From assembly GCA_000165425.1 (NCBI GenBank), contig CT868055.1, forward strand, positions 62,001-126,000: a DNA stretch of 64,000 nucleotides, given 5' to 3'. Both the position numbers and the translations under genes were made by a program. This DNA comes from Paramecium tetraurelia. Lineage: Eukaryota. Positions 42,100-53,981 of the stretch are shown here, piece after piece (positions within the stretch are counted from its first letter, which is position 1; each line of letters begins with the position of its first letter). The notes below the pieces were generated by a model, which was not told the DNA's origin, did no database searches, and worked only from the letters and a program-made list of their open reading frames with translations.

Positions 42100-43590
42100 A
42101 TAGTAAAAGATCATTCCAAAAGTTTCTATAAACATCAGTGTACTTTTATTTACTTTTCTAAACATTCTAATCTCTGAAATTTAGATTTGGATTATAATAA
42201 CTATTTTAAGATTTTAAATTTCTTTATAACAAAATAGATACTACACCAGAGATATTAATTATATTTCTATTTTAAAGCAGAGATATAACCTATTATTAAT
42301 TTGACTAGAGATGAATAATGAAATTTAAACTATTTTTGTTAGTAATGCAAATCATCTCTTTTACCATAGTACTAATTCTTATAGATGTATAATTTAATAA
42401 AAATATTATAGATATCAACAATATTTTTATAAAATAAGATCACATAAATATTAAATTAACTAATTCATCTAAAAATAAATAATATAGTGGGCACTATTAA
42501 ATTCATGAAATAGAAATTCCCTCACATGACTGATATAATTAAAAATACATTCACAAATCATCAATTAATTGCGAAAAAACTAGTTTACTCGTAGACAGAT
42601 CACATCCTAATATTCAAAAATACAAAACGAAGTATATGTAAATTGGAATGATTAATCTTAGTATACAATATTGATAGTTGATCTAAACCAGAATTATGAC
42701 TTAATAGAGACTTTAGATTCATAAAGCATCAGCAGTAAATTCTTGTAATCAATTATTGTAGAGAACAACATTTTAACTCATTTAAACAATTCTAAACAAT
42801 ATATCTGAAGGATATGTTGAAAAAAGAATAATTACTAAAGAAGGATTAATAATAAGGCTGATGAAAAAGGATAAAATAGTGATATAGCTGAGAAATGCAA
42901 ATAATCGTATAAAGGGGACAGAAGTCGATTTTATAATCCTATTAAAGGGCTATTATTTGAATTAACAAAGAAGAGACAGGGATATTTAGCTGTTAGATAG
43001 ATGAGGACAACATATTAGATTCTACGAAGGATACATTCACAAATTTTTTCAAAGTTCTAGGCAAATATTCTAAACTACACAAATAAGAGCCCACTCCGAT
43101 TCCTATCATCTAAAAACTAAGTTAAGGAAATATGAAAGAAATTCAAGGTTATTGGATAAGTGCAAAGCCATCTCTTAAGATGGGCTAACACATTAATTCA
43201 TCTGCGACAAGAATTATCGAGCCGGATACCTTCCAAATAAAAAAAGGAGATTAGGACATTTTATGCTATCTCTAAATAAATGCATCTAAATATGCCTAAA
43301 AATGACTAATTTAGGCCCTTAATAATATTAAGCTCTATATACACATTTTTCGATTTAAGATCAATTCTATATTATAAGATTAACTCAATAATGGTATAAA
43401 TTAGCCTAAAAAGTATTCAAAAATTGACTTAAAACTTAAATAAACATATTTATGATAATTAACTGGATCAAAAATATCAAGGGCTTAGATAACATGATAC
43501 TAATCTGCAACTATGGAAAGTAATAATATTTAAAACAGAAATAGCATTTGTATTTTTATAAAAATTCAATAATTAATTTGATTCAGATTA
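42100..43590 (+). mobile_element. Degenerate non-LTR retrotransposon (LINE-like) remnant: RT N-terminal motifs, possibly preceded by a decayed APE endonuclease
   Basis: KCKAISQDGLT (43158-43190; KA.G.DG motif); LSLNK / frameshift / HLNMPKNDQFRPLIILSSIYTFFDLR (43266-43360; P...yRPI.l.s..yK motif); ICIFI..FNNQFDS (43546-43585; FiDf..AFD motif); order and strand are collinear, with many frameshifts and stops. Confidence 0.7.
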
Positions 43591-44446
43591 TTGAATTAAA
43601 TACAATATCATGAAAAATAGGAAATGTAGAAAAAAATTTTATAATCATTTAAAAATTTGATTTAGAATATTAAATTCTCATCCAATTATTCATCAAAATA
43701 AGTAATATTATGAATATAATTTAATAAACAACAAAAATGTTTCATAGTATATATCAAATATCAATTTTAATTCAATAATGAACTTAGTATAATAATTTAA
43801 ATATCAATTTTAAAAAAATATCAAATATATAAATATCAAATTTTATATAAATATATTATTGCTTTTAAGCTTTACTTAACAAATTATGTTTTGGTTAATT
43901 ATGATATAGTTTTTTTATAAATTTTTTTAGATTTAAGAAGTATTAAATATTGAAAACATATGTTTGTCTATCTTTATTTAGATGAAATAAGAATTATCAT
44001 TTTTTTCTAATGTTATTTTATGAATTTTAGACTGCATCTTAAATTACATCTTATGGCTTTTAAGAATCGATCTTCTCATCTTTCTCTTATTTTTATTTCT
44101 CATTTTTCTTCCCATTCATTCCCCTAATCATGGCTTACATGAAAAGTAAATAAATATTATTTATAAATTTATAATTGCGAATTCTTGTCTTTAAGGTTAT
44201 CTCAAATGAAATTTCAACAGAAGTATTGAATTAACAATTAATAATACATTTAAGACTATTACTAATTGAATAACATGATTAGGGATCTACAATATAGGTC
44301 GTAATGATTCTAAGGAAGAGTGAATGAATATTAAAATTATTAATATATTAAGTAATTCTAGGTTTTCTCTTCTAAGGATTATATCCAAGCAGATTAACTA
44401 ATAAAATAGAGTAAATTATAAATGAGAATAATATTAATTAATATAA

Positions 44447-45792
44447 ATGGACAATATATATAAGTTTAAGGCAAGTAGTTCAGTGGGGCATTTAAAAAGT
44501 CTGAATAATGATAAACAATTCTATTCAGAAGAGGAAAGTAGCAAGAAGGAGGAAGAGGAAAAGCAATTGAAGAAATAAAGCAAGCCTCCTAGTAAGATGT
44601 CTTAATTCAGTAAAAATGCCACTGGATATTAAACTGATGATTCTGACAAAGAGACTCCGAAAAATAATAAGGTAGGACCTTCAAGTAAAGATATATTGAA
44701 TTATTTTAGGTTAGAAAGTATCAAAATTTCGAAATTTGGTAAATGCTAAAAAGATTGAGGGCGACAATGATGATCCGAATTTTGATGATGATGACGACAA
44801 GCCAACAACCATTTAATAATAGATTCAGCATGTTTAATAGCAAAGTGAAGATTAATATGATGTGGAACAGTAGGCGAGTAAAATGCAACAAAAATATGCT
44901 AAGAATGAGGTTGGGAAGTCTCCAAAAATGAAGTAAGTAAGATGATAATGATTAGACACTCAAATACTTAATAGAGTGTTGGATGCGATTTCGGATGTGG
45001 AGCAAATGAAGAATAAATAGCATTAAGAAAGGGGAAGTTGAAGAATCATCCCTTTCGACACCTTATCTATGGTCCAAGTATAGGAGAGAATTCTTTTAAA
45101 CAAATTTTTATAATTAACTCAAAGAGGTTTGGTTTATGCAAAGAAATGCTTAAAAGGGCCTTCAGAGAAATTCATAAAATCAAAAATGGTTTAATTATAG
45201 GAATGTGCAGTTGTAAAGGCAAAGACTTTATTGTTGGATTTGGATGAGACTTTAATTCACAGCTGTTCTTTTAGAGAGAATCCATAAGTGACAGTTACAG
45301 CTTTTGGAGAATACGGAGAGGAAGCAAAGGTATTAGTTTAATATAATTTAGATTCATTTTAACATTAGACCATTTTGCACATGGTTTTTACAATAAATGA
45401 ATTAATTGTATACAATTTATGTATATACAGCTTCATCATCTGCATATGCAAATGCAATAGTCAATTATTTAGATCCAAAAAGACAATGGATTATGGGAAT
45501 TTTATCAAGAGGTAATTGTATGGAAACAAAGAATGGGTTTTTTATTAAAGATCTAAGAATTATTGGGAATAAACAATTAAAGGATATGGTGATTGTGGAT
45601 AATCTAGCTCACTCGTTTGGATTCTAAATAGAGAACGGAATCCCGATATTGGAATGGCACAATGACTAAAATGATCAAGAACTTAAATATATGGCAACCT
45701 ACTTGATGGAGGCTGCTGAACAAGAAGACATCAGATAATTTAATATACAAAGGTTGAAGCTAGATCAACTTATCGAATATAATTTAGATTGA
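44447..45792 (+). CDS. FCP1/SCP-family (NIF domain) HAD phosphatase
   Basis: KTLLLDLDETLIHS, IRPFC..FL, YTASSSAYA..IVNYLDP, FIKDLRII, IVDN..HSF..QIENGIPI. Confidence 0.95.
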
Positions 45793-45826
45793 TTGATTGA
45801 TATACATAATATATATTAATTTATCA

Positions 45827-46202
45827 ATGGGTTCTTGCTGTTCATCTAATAAGATTGTTAAGGAAACTTTTGATTATCCCGATGGAGGTGTCTATATGGG
45901 AGATCTCGAAAACCATCTACCAGTATGTTCATTTAAGTCAAGTTTTAGCATGGAAGAGGAACCATAAAGTGGCCCAATGGAGCATCATTTGAAGGTCAGT
46001 TCATTGATGGCAAAAAGACTGGCAAACGCTCGTTTAGATGGAATGATGGTTCTTATTATGATGGATATCTCTTAAATGATGTCTTCCATGGTTATGGTGA
46101 ATATTGTTGGACTGACTTAAAAATATATAAAGGAAACTGGTAAAATGGAGAAATGGAAGGAGAAGGTGAGCGAGCCGGCTATGTAATATCCCGAGCATCG
46201 AT
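45827..46202 (+). CDS. MORN-repeat protein, 3' end lost in the assembly gap
   Basis: MGSCCSS then repeats YPDGGVYMGD, WPNGASFEGQF..GKKTG, WNDGSYYDG..NDVFHGYG, YKGNWQNGEMEGEG. Confidence 0.9.
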
Positions 46203-46449
46203 NNNNNNNNNNNNNNNNNNNNNNNNNNNNNNNNNNNNNNNNNNNNNNNNNNNNNNNNNNNNNNNNNNNNNNNNNNNNNNNNNNNNNNNNNNNNNNNNNN
46301 NNNNNNNNNNNNNNNNNNNNNNNNNNNNNNNNNNNNNNNNNNNNNNNNNNNNNNNNNNNNNNNNNNNNNNNNNNNNNNNNNNNNNNNNNNNNNNNNNNNN
46401 NNNNNNNNNNNNNNNNNNNNNNNNNNNNNNNNNNNNNNNNNNNNNNNNN
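46203..46449. other. Assembly gap (247 N)
   Basis: Run of N. Confidence 1.
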
Positions 46450-47310
46450 TTTCATATAATTACTATTAAATTAAAGGTTTTTCTTCAGGTTTTAGAAAAT
46501 TAAACTAATAAATCTGATTATTGTCATTTGGATACAAGATAGCTTTGGGCATATCCTTCTCATCATAAACAATAACAGGTCTAATAAAGAATCTATTTTG
46601 GTATTGGATCTTATATTGAGCTACTAAATTGCATTCCACCCAATCCCATAATCCCAATGGTTATTCCAGAGTCGACACTACCAAATGTCTTGAATCCTTT
46701 GTGAATTAACTAGATGTTGTGTGAGTTTTCTTGCTTCCACATATTGTCACTAAAGAATCTGTTCCATATGAATCAAATACACGGGCACACTTATAATATA
46801 TTTCACTTTTTACACATTGTCTAAACCAGTTGTGGTTACATATCTCCCAGTTTCATTGTATTTGCATTAAGTTATTTGCATTGAGTGTGCTAGAATGCAA
46901 TTAAATGGTAATTTCTAACGAATATCCCAAAGTAAAATAGTTTTTTCATTGGCTGCACACACTTCATTCCAAATATTGCTATCTCCACAATATGTAAATT
47001 CAGTGTTTATTTAATGACTAATAATTTATTTTTCCATATCTAATATTTATAGAGATTATCCAAAGAGATAAAGTTAATTCTTATTGAAGCTATCATGATG
47101 ACTGAAAGTGCAGCTATATAATAATTTCTCACTCTCCAATTCAAAATACGTATTCGTCTTATAATTATAAATAACTATTTTATTGTTTTTATATATCAAA
47201 GCAAGAAGTTAGTTTTTACAACATTACACTTCCAAACACAAACTGTCCTGCTTTGGAATTTCTAAATTTTCAAAATCTCCTAAAATCTAATCATTCGCTT
47301 CCTTTTGCAT
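46450..47310 (-). CDS. WD40-repeat protein (divergent, WDR5-like), 3' end in the gap
   Basis: TILLWDIR...ILAHSMQIT.CKYNETGRYVTTTGLD/intron/CARVFDS...FTKDSRHLVVSTLEQPLGLWD. Confidence 0.85.
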
Positions 47311-48440
47311 TTTCCCGCTCCTTGTTAAAATATTATTTAAAATATTTAATGACTTCACTTAAATATATAAAAATCATTTAATTATTTAGTATAAGAATGG
47401 AAAAATTAATTTGAATGTTTGAACACATTGGGATAGTCAAGAATGATGTCTTGCCTAAACGGAGGTGCTCAATTAATCTTGGTTAGTTTTTTAACATCCT
47501 TCTAAAATATTATTTAAAAACATGTGCTTTCGCTAACCATTAAATAAATTAAATTAAATTAAATAAATAATGTTTTATTAAATCAATAGATATTAGCTTA
47601 TATACTGTTTACTATTCTAATAATTTTGCTATTTTAGTCAAATTGGAAAAACTGAAGATATAAATGGGTCATTCTTGCCATACTAATGCTTTAATATTCT
47701 GGCAACAATTCCTCTTCGATTTCAATTTTTTTATAATTTGCATGGCAAACCTTGTAAAGTGTATCAAATACATGTGATACCATATAAAATAAAACAATAA
47801 TGATAGACGCATATTAATAAATTCAAAAGAAAAAAAAAGATACCAAATAAAAATTTTAAGATGTGTTTTCAATCAAGAACTAGTTTTAAGAAGATTATAC
47901 GATTGATTATTAGGTCATTTCGTAATTTAAAATATTTTTATTGAAATCTCAACACTATATTGTAATTATTTGAGTAATTTATTTATTTATTATTAATGAA
48001 AAGTTCTACTTTGAAAATTAATCTATATTGAAAAATAAATTAGTTCAAACGTGAAAAATAAATATTGATTATAAATACAGAAATATAAATTATTGAGTTT
48101 CAAATCCAAATATAAATCAGCTCATAATTTATTCAGTGGAACTCAAAATTAAAATTGATATAAATTTAAGGATTCTAAATATTGTAAATCTATAGAATTT
48201 CATTAATTTGAGAATTAATAAATTTTAAGTTTTGTTAAAATTATACATAATTTTATAAATTACTGATCTATAGTTGTATTTGCTAATTAATTATGATTGA
48301 AATTTCTTATATCTTATTAAAGACTTTGGAGTTAAGAGAAAATTCTTTTTTGATTAAATGAAGTACTTTGTTTAATGACAAATTTATTATTAAGTTTCCA
48401 ATTAATTATTGATATATTTATGATTATACATTTATATAAT

Positions 48441-49371
48441 TCATACCACAGGGATAAATTTCGCCTCGTGAATTCTAATATGAAGGTGGCCTAAAAGATT
48501 TATCCATTTCTTATAGAAACTAATATGAACTAATCCCATTATGATGGCAATCTTATCAATTTTCCTGACGCCTTCAAATTATACAGCAAAACGAGGATAA
48601 TTAATTTCAGGACATAATTTACAGCATTACCCTTACATTAAAGTTATTTAAGAGCAAGCTTCACATGGAGTTCTAGTATTAATAATTTGGCATCTTCCTT
48701 AAGTAAGACCATCTACATGATAATTCTTTGAAGTTGTAAAAAGATCGAAACATGCCAAACAACCGCATCCCCCAATCACATTTTCTGGACAACTGTTCTT
48801 ATCTGGTCTCAAAGTTAGTTAATAATTCTTTTCAATTGGGGAAAAAATTTTTAATTTTGGATAGGAACTCAAAAAATGTGAATAAAAAACATCACACACG
48901 TTTGGAAAAGTTTAGAGAAATTCAAAAACTTATTTATCATTTACAAATATCCTTCCAATACCGCCAGGCCAAAATTCTAATCTTACTTACTCATTTTTTA
49001 GAACATAAACCTCTTCTGGGTATGCATGTTCATCGCAATCGATAAACCTACAAAAGCAACAACAAAAGATTAAGCACATAATTTCTACTGTCAGAGAAAA
49101 GTCAAGTTATCCTATTCCTTGAATATCAAATTTAGATTCTCCAGTAATAGAACCATATCCAAAACAAGTATTGTCATTATACTTATATTAATGTTCAAAT
49201 TCCACTTAATCCGGGATATTTATACCTTTGAGCAATTATTCCAATTCATCTGATTTAGATGTATATGCCTATAATTATGTTAAATCATACATTATTATCA
49301 ACGTTTTATGAATGCAATGGCTAGTATGGGACATTAGGTTAATAGTCAACTTGATCAATTATTTATTTCAT
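48441..49371 (-). CDS. Phospholipid scramblase/Tubby-like fold protein (Cys-rich loops)
   Basis: Cys clusters (CLIFCCCFC, GCGCLAC, CCKLC) between beta-strands; C-terminal FAVQFEGVRKIDKIAIIMGLVHI resembles the scramblase terminal helix; one intron. Confidence 0.55.
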
Positions 49372-49544
49372 TTAATTACTTAATTATAGAAAATATCTTC
49401 AGAAAACCATTTAAAGTCTTACGTCTATTATATTACGTCATAACCTTAATACTTAGATAAAAATGAAAATTGAATTCTGACGATATATTGTTTTATCCAT
49501 GGTAATTGTGTATTTGTAAATAAATATATATTAGATTATTATAA

Positions 49545-50342
49545 TCAAAACTAAATCTAAGTAGAAGAAGGAACACTATTGGATAGTTTTTGTTAAAATT
49601 TGAACAATTTTCTGATTTAATATCCTTTATAACATAAACAACCATGAATAATTCCAATAGCTAATAAGAATGCTATATAGATAATAGAGCTGAAATAAAA
49701 TATTTAAATACAAAGTGTCCTTGATTGATTTCTTAATTTGGCAATCATTTTCTTCACCTTGCCATTGAGATTTCTCACATAAATTTTAATATAAAGGCGA
49801 ACCTAAGGCAATTACAGTGGCTATCAAGTCTGAAAGAAAAGTTAGACAATTTCCAAAAATCCAAATAGTAATAATTAATAGTGCTCTTTTATTTATAAAG
49901 AGACAATACAGAATCATATTCAAGATAAATAATGTAAAACTACAATAAAATTAATCAATTACCTGCAAATCCAAATAAAAGCTGATAGTAAACAACCATC
50001 ATATATAAATTATGGTATTATTCTTCCTAAGACAAATCCTAAGAGAAAAATACTACTTAAACTTGAAAAGATTTTCAGACTATGATTGTTATATTATTTT
50101 ACGCTCTTTATTCTTGGTTGCACTTTGTACATGCATAGGTAGGTTTGCCAGACGGAATTTCATGTGGGAGATCGTGAGTTTCAATGAACACAGCAGATAT
50201 TTTAGAATTGGGTTTCGGTTTCAGGTCTCTTTGGCAAGAATCCTCACTTTTTTAACTATCCAAAGGATCTACAATTTAGAAATGGCTAAATGTTACATTA
50301 AATAGCTTCTTGTTCAATGCTTTACGTTTTTTAATTGATCAT
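49545..50342 (-). CDS. 4-TM membrane protein (start tentative; possible 1-nt homopolymer error near the 5' end)
   Basis: Four GT..AG introns join hydrophobic segments (IFSSLSSIFLLGFVL; FTLFILNMILALLIITIWIFG; IIYIAFLLAIGII) with a Cys-containing loop; TGA at 49545. Confidence 0.5.
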
Positions 50343-50486
50343 TTTAGGTAGTGGAATGAAATTGTTTATAATTATTACGCAAAAGTATAAATATAATTTA
50401 TTGTTGTGATGTATGATATTTCAATTATCAGTTATTAACTAAGGTTAATTAATTTTGATGACAACTGGAGTCTTTTCTTTAGATTG

Positions 50487-53480
50487 TCACTATATAGACG
50501 ATAATTCAATTGTTAAATCCAAAATTTCTTTATATAATTATTAAATCCACAACATATATTTTTAAGTTCTATTATATAAAAGTTTTTATATTTAATAATA
50601 CATATATTATCATTTATTTTTTAATTGTTAAAGAATTAACTTCTTCTAATGAAGCAATTAACTTTGTTTTGCTAACAATTCTTGAGCTTTTTGCCAAACT
50701 CTTTCCTCTTCCTCTTTTTTTTGACTATTAGTTTGCTTCTCTTTCTTATGTCCTCTAGCACTATTTATTCTATCTTGTCTGTATTTGCAGGCACTGTCTT
50801 TTTCATTCTTTAAATCCAATTTTTATATACTCAGGATTTCTGAACTCTATTTTATTATTTGACTTTGATTCTTTCTCATATCTTATTAATCGCATTTTTG
50901 TTATTATTTCATCATGACAGAACTATAAGCCTTCTGTTATTGTCTTTCTCTGAATTCTTAAGCCTTTTTCTATTTATCATGCTCTTTAATTGCTTGATTT
51001 AATTTATATTGTTCTTCATTTTCTCTTAAGATATCTTAATTTTCTTTCTGAACTGCTTGTTTTTATTATTGCTTTTCATTTCTCTTATCTTTCCATAATT
51101 ATTCATTTTCCATTCTTTTAATCTTTTTAATTTCATTTTCTTAAATCTAAAGATTTAATTGCCAGGCATAGAAGTCAATACCAAATTTTTCAAGCATTTC
51201 TTAATTTTATTTTTATAACACATCATCCTTATTTTTCTTTGATGCATATCTTGTACCAATTTGTTTCCATTATTCTTAATATTTCTTATTATCATTCAAT
51301 TATAAAATATGATCGTTCTCAATTTTTAAATTCTCCATTAATTAAAAACATTATTATATTACATAACATTGTCTAATTATTTAATATAATTCTTTGTTCT
51401 GAATAATGGTGACAGCTTCTGATTAAGACATCAGGTTTTGAAGCATTTCTAAAGATTCTTCAAAGAGACATAGGTCTCTTTAAAATATTTATCGTTACAA
51501 TAATAATTTTGGAAGTTGTTTAATAGTTTAAACTGTTTAAGATACATTCTAAAATGCTTTTTATATTAATTTTAAATTAATGGGAGGAATTTTCGAGTTA
51601 ATTCTTGGGAAATCGTTATCCACAATAGCAATAGCAATAATAATTGGTGTGAATATTGCATTTAAATATACAGACTCACATTGTTATTATAGATTTAACT
51701 ATTAGATGAATTGAGTTGTCAAATATTCTGTCATTTAAGAATACATTCTCTGGATAATAGAATTATTATCTTGTTTTTGTTAAAGATTAGGTTATTTTTT
51801 CATTAATAGATGGCTAAACTCTTTATATTGATCATTGATTTTAATAATTGATTATTTTGATAGCCATCCTTTGCTTTATACTTCTTTTGCAAGTGATACG
51901 GTGAATTCAAAAATTTCATTGGTTTTCGATTATAATTGTTACATAACATACTAGAAATATACAAAATAAACTTACGAGTTAAGTTTTTCCATCTTTTAAA
52001 TCATCTACAATTGGTTTAGATTCTAAAGCATCTCTAATTTCTTCCATCATTTATATTCTGAAGGGAGAGAAGGTTGGGTGAGTTCTTTTTCTTTATTTTG
52101 ATTCAACAGTTCTTGATTAAATCGATAATTAAGATTAAGGCTGTGATTAACAAGATTATTATTAATAAGGTTACTATTACTATTATTATTGTTATTATTT
52201 TCTTCGTTCATCTATAAATGCTCTTTCAACTGTTATTTCTTAATATTATACAGGTATGCTGTACTCTTATTGCGGCAATAAATCATCATTTAAATATTCC
52301 ATCTCCTTCAATACTTATGGTGTGAATAAACTACCCAATAAGGATACTTGTTAGATTTATGGTTATTTTTTTTATTATTGTCGTAATCTTTATGGAGATT
52401 CACTTATAGGAACAGGCATAATTTACTATTCTTAATCATTAATAAACTTATTGGCACTAGTAATTTGAAATTTAGTTTCTGAACTATTGAATTCATTTTT
52501 GTTTTCACTAGTAATTACATTATTGTTGCCATGAGTTAATTCAAATTTATTGAGAAGATCCTGCTTCAAAGGAGATTGGAATAGTAGTGGCTTTTCTAAA
52601 CTCTATTTGCTTATTCTTAATTCATTTTAATAAAATTATATTTACTCTTAGAGCTGCTATTTGAATGTGACTGAATCTAGATTAATGATATATTATAAAA
52701 TTACCATAGCTTCCAAATTAGGGGATATCATATTAACCATCATCTCTTTATTCAGTATCTTATGGCGCTTGATAAAATTAATCTTGATTATATTGTTAAT
52801 CTTCTTCATATTCTTATTCATCCTAGTGTAATTTATTTGAAAAATCTTAAATATCATAATATTCATCAGATTTCTAATCAGATAATTTCAGTTGTTTTTT
52901 AACACTTGAATATTGATATTGCTATTTATATGATGGATAATCTTTATCCTAATATGGCTGAACTGATTTTGGTTGTTTTGATGATTTGGATTATTTTTAT
53001 AATTGGATTTCCTTTTATAATTTTAATCCTTTCATAGGATCAAAGACATAGGAATCATTAGAATCTGGATGGACTTCTTCGTCATCATCTTCTTCGGCAA
53101 TAGTACCACAACGCAGTTGCTTATCAAAATATTGCAATAACTAATCGTCTATTTGTAATGCAATTTATAAATTTTGTTCAAATTTGATTTGGTTATAATT
53201 CTCCAACTATACAATAGCTTAGGTATTCAAATATTGCTCTAAGGATGATGAGATGATAGATTACCATCGAAAGGGTTGTATCCATAGCAATCAATGTAAT
53301 TGGTTAGGGCAATGTAAGTATTGGATTTATTGGGTTAGTAATCCCTCAATTGTTATTCACATTCATATGCTAGCAAAGCAAAACGTTAATGCTATTATCG
53401 ATCCTCTGAAAATAATTAATAATAAGGATACAATTTTCCTCTAACTGCTTTTATTATAAATAAAGTTGTAATTATTGCAT
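50487..53480 (-). CDS. Large hypothetical protein with Q/N-rich middle and C-terminal coiled coil
   Basis: MQQLQLYLQQKQLEEN/intron/..., several short introns, K/E/Q-rich heptads at 50650-51300; 3' end approximate. Confidence 0.65.
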
Positions 53481-53519
53481 AAAAATTAATGTTATTTATC
53501 ATCTGATCATTTTATTTCT

Positions 53520-53981
53520 ATGATAATGATAAAAAATAAATAGTTAATAACATATTTTAATAAATCGAGTATTCGAAAAAGAGCGAAATCCTCATTGAAT
53601 TATGTTGTTTCTGTGAAGTAACAGAATGTAGAATAGTCTCACAATAATTCAATTGATAGTCTGAACACTCGCGTTATGGAGGTTTTTGAATAACAATAGA
53701 AGGACGATCAGGTTCAGATACAAAGATTATTGATAAAGAAGCAATTGTTGGAGATTCGAATACGTCATGAAAATGAGAAATATGAAGAAACCCTAAAAAA
53801 TTATTAACAATTGTTGCAAAGATTGGAATCAATGGAACATAGCCAAAAGGAGTACATCTCACAAATGAACCAATTGAGTGAGTGTTTAAAAGAGATTGTT
53901 TAACAAAACCATGAGATGGAGAGTGCCTATAATGACAAGTGCAAAGAATATGAGAGTTTGATATAAATAATTAATAAATGA
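53520..53981 (+). CDS. Coiled-coil ORF (153 aa), either a separate gene or the first exon of CK1
   Basis: Intronless code-6 ORF MIMIKNKQL...QRLLIKKQLLEIRIRHENEKYEETLKNYQQLLQRLE...INK*; its TGA overlaps the CK1 ATG. Confidence 0.65.

Noticed and set aside
46168..46202. GC-rich stretch (gagcgagccggc...gcatcgat) next to the gap, considered as a foreign insertion
   Set aside because: It lies at a contig end and breaks the MORN pattern, so it is most likely low-quality read-end sequence.
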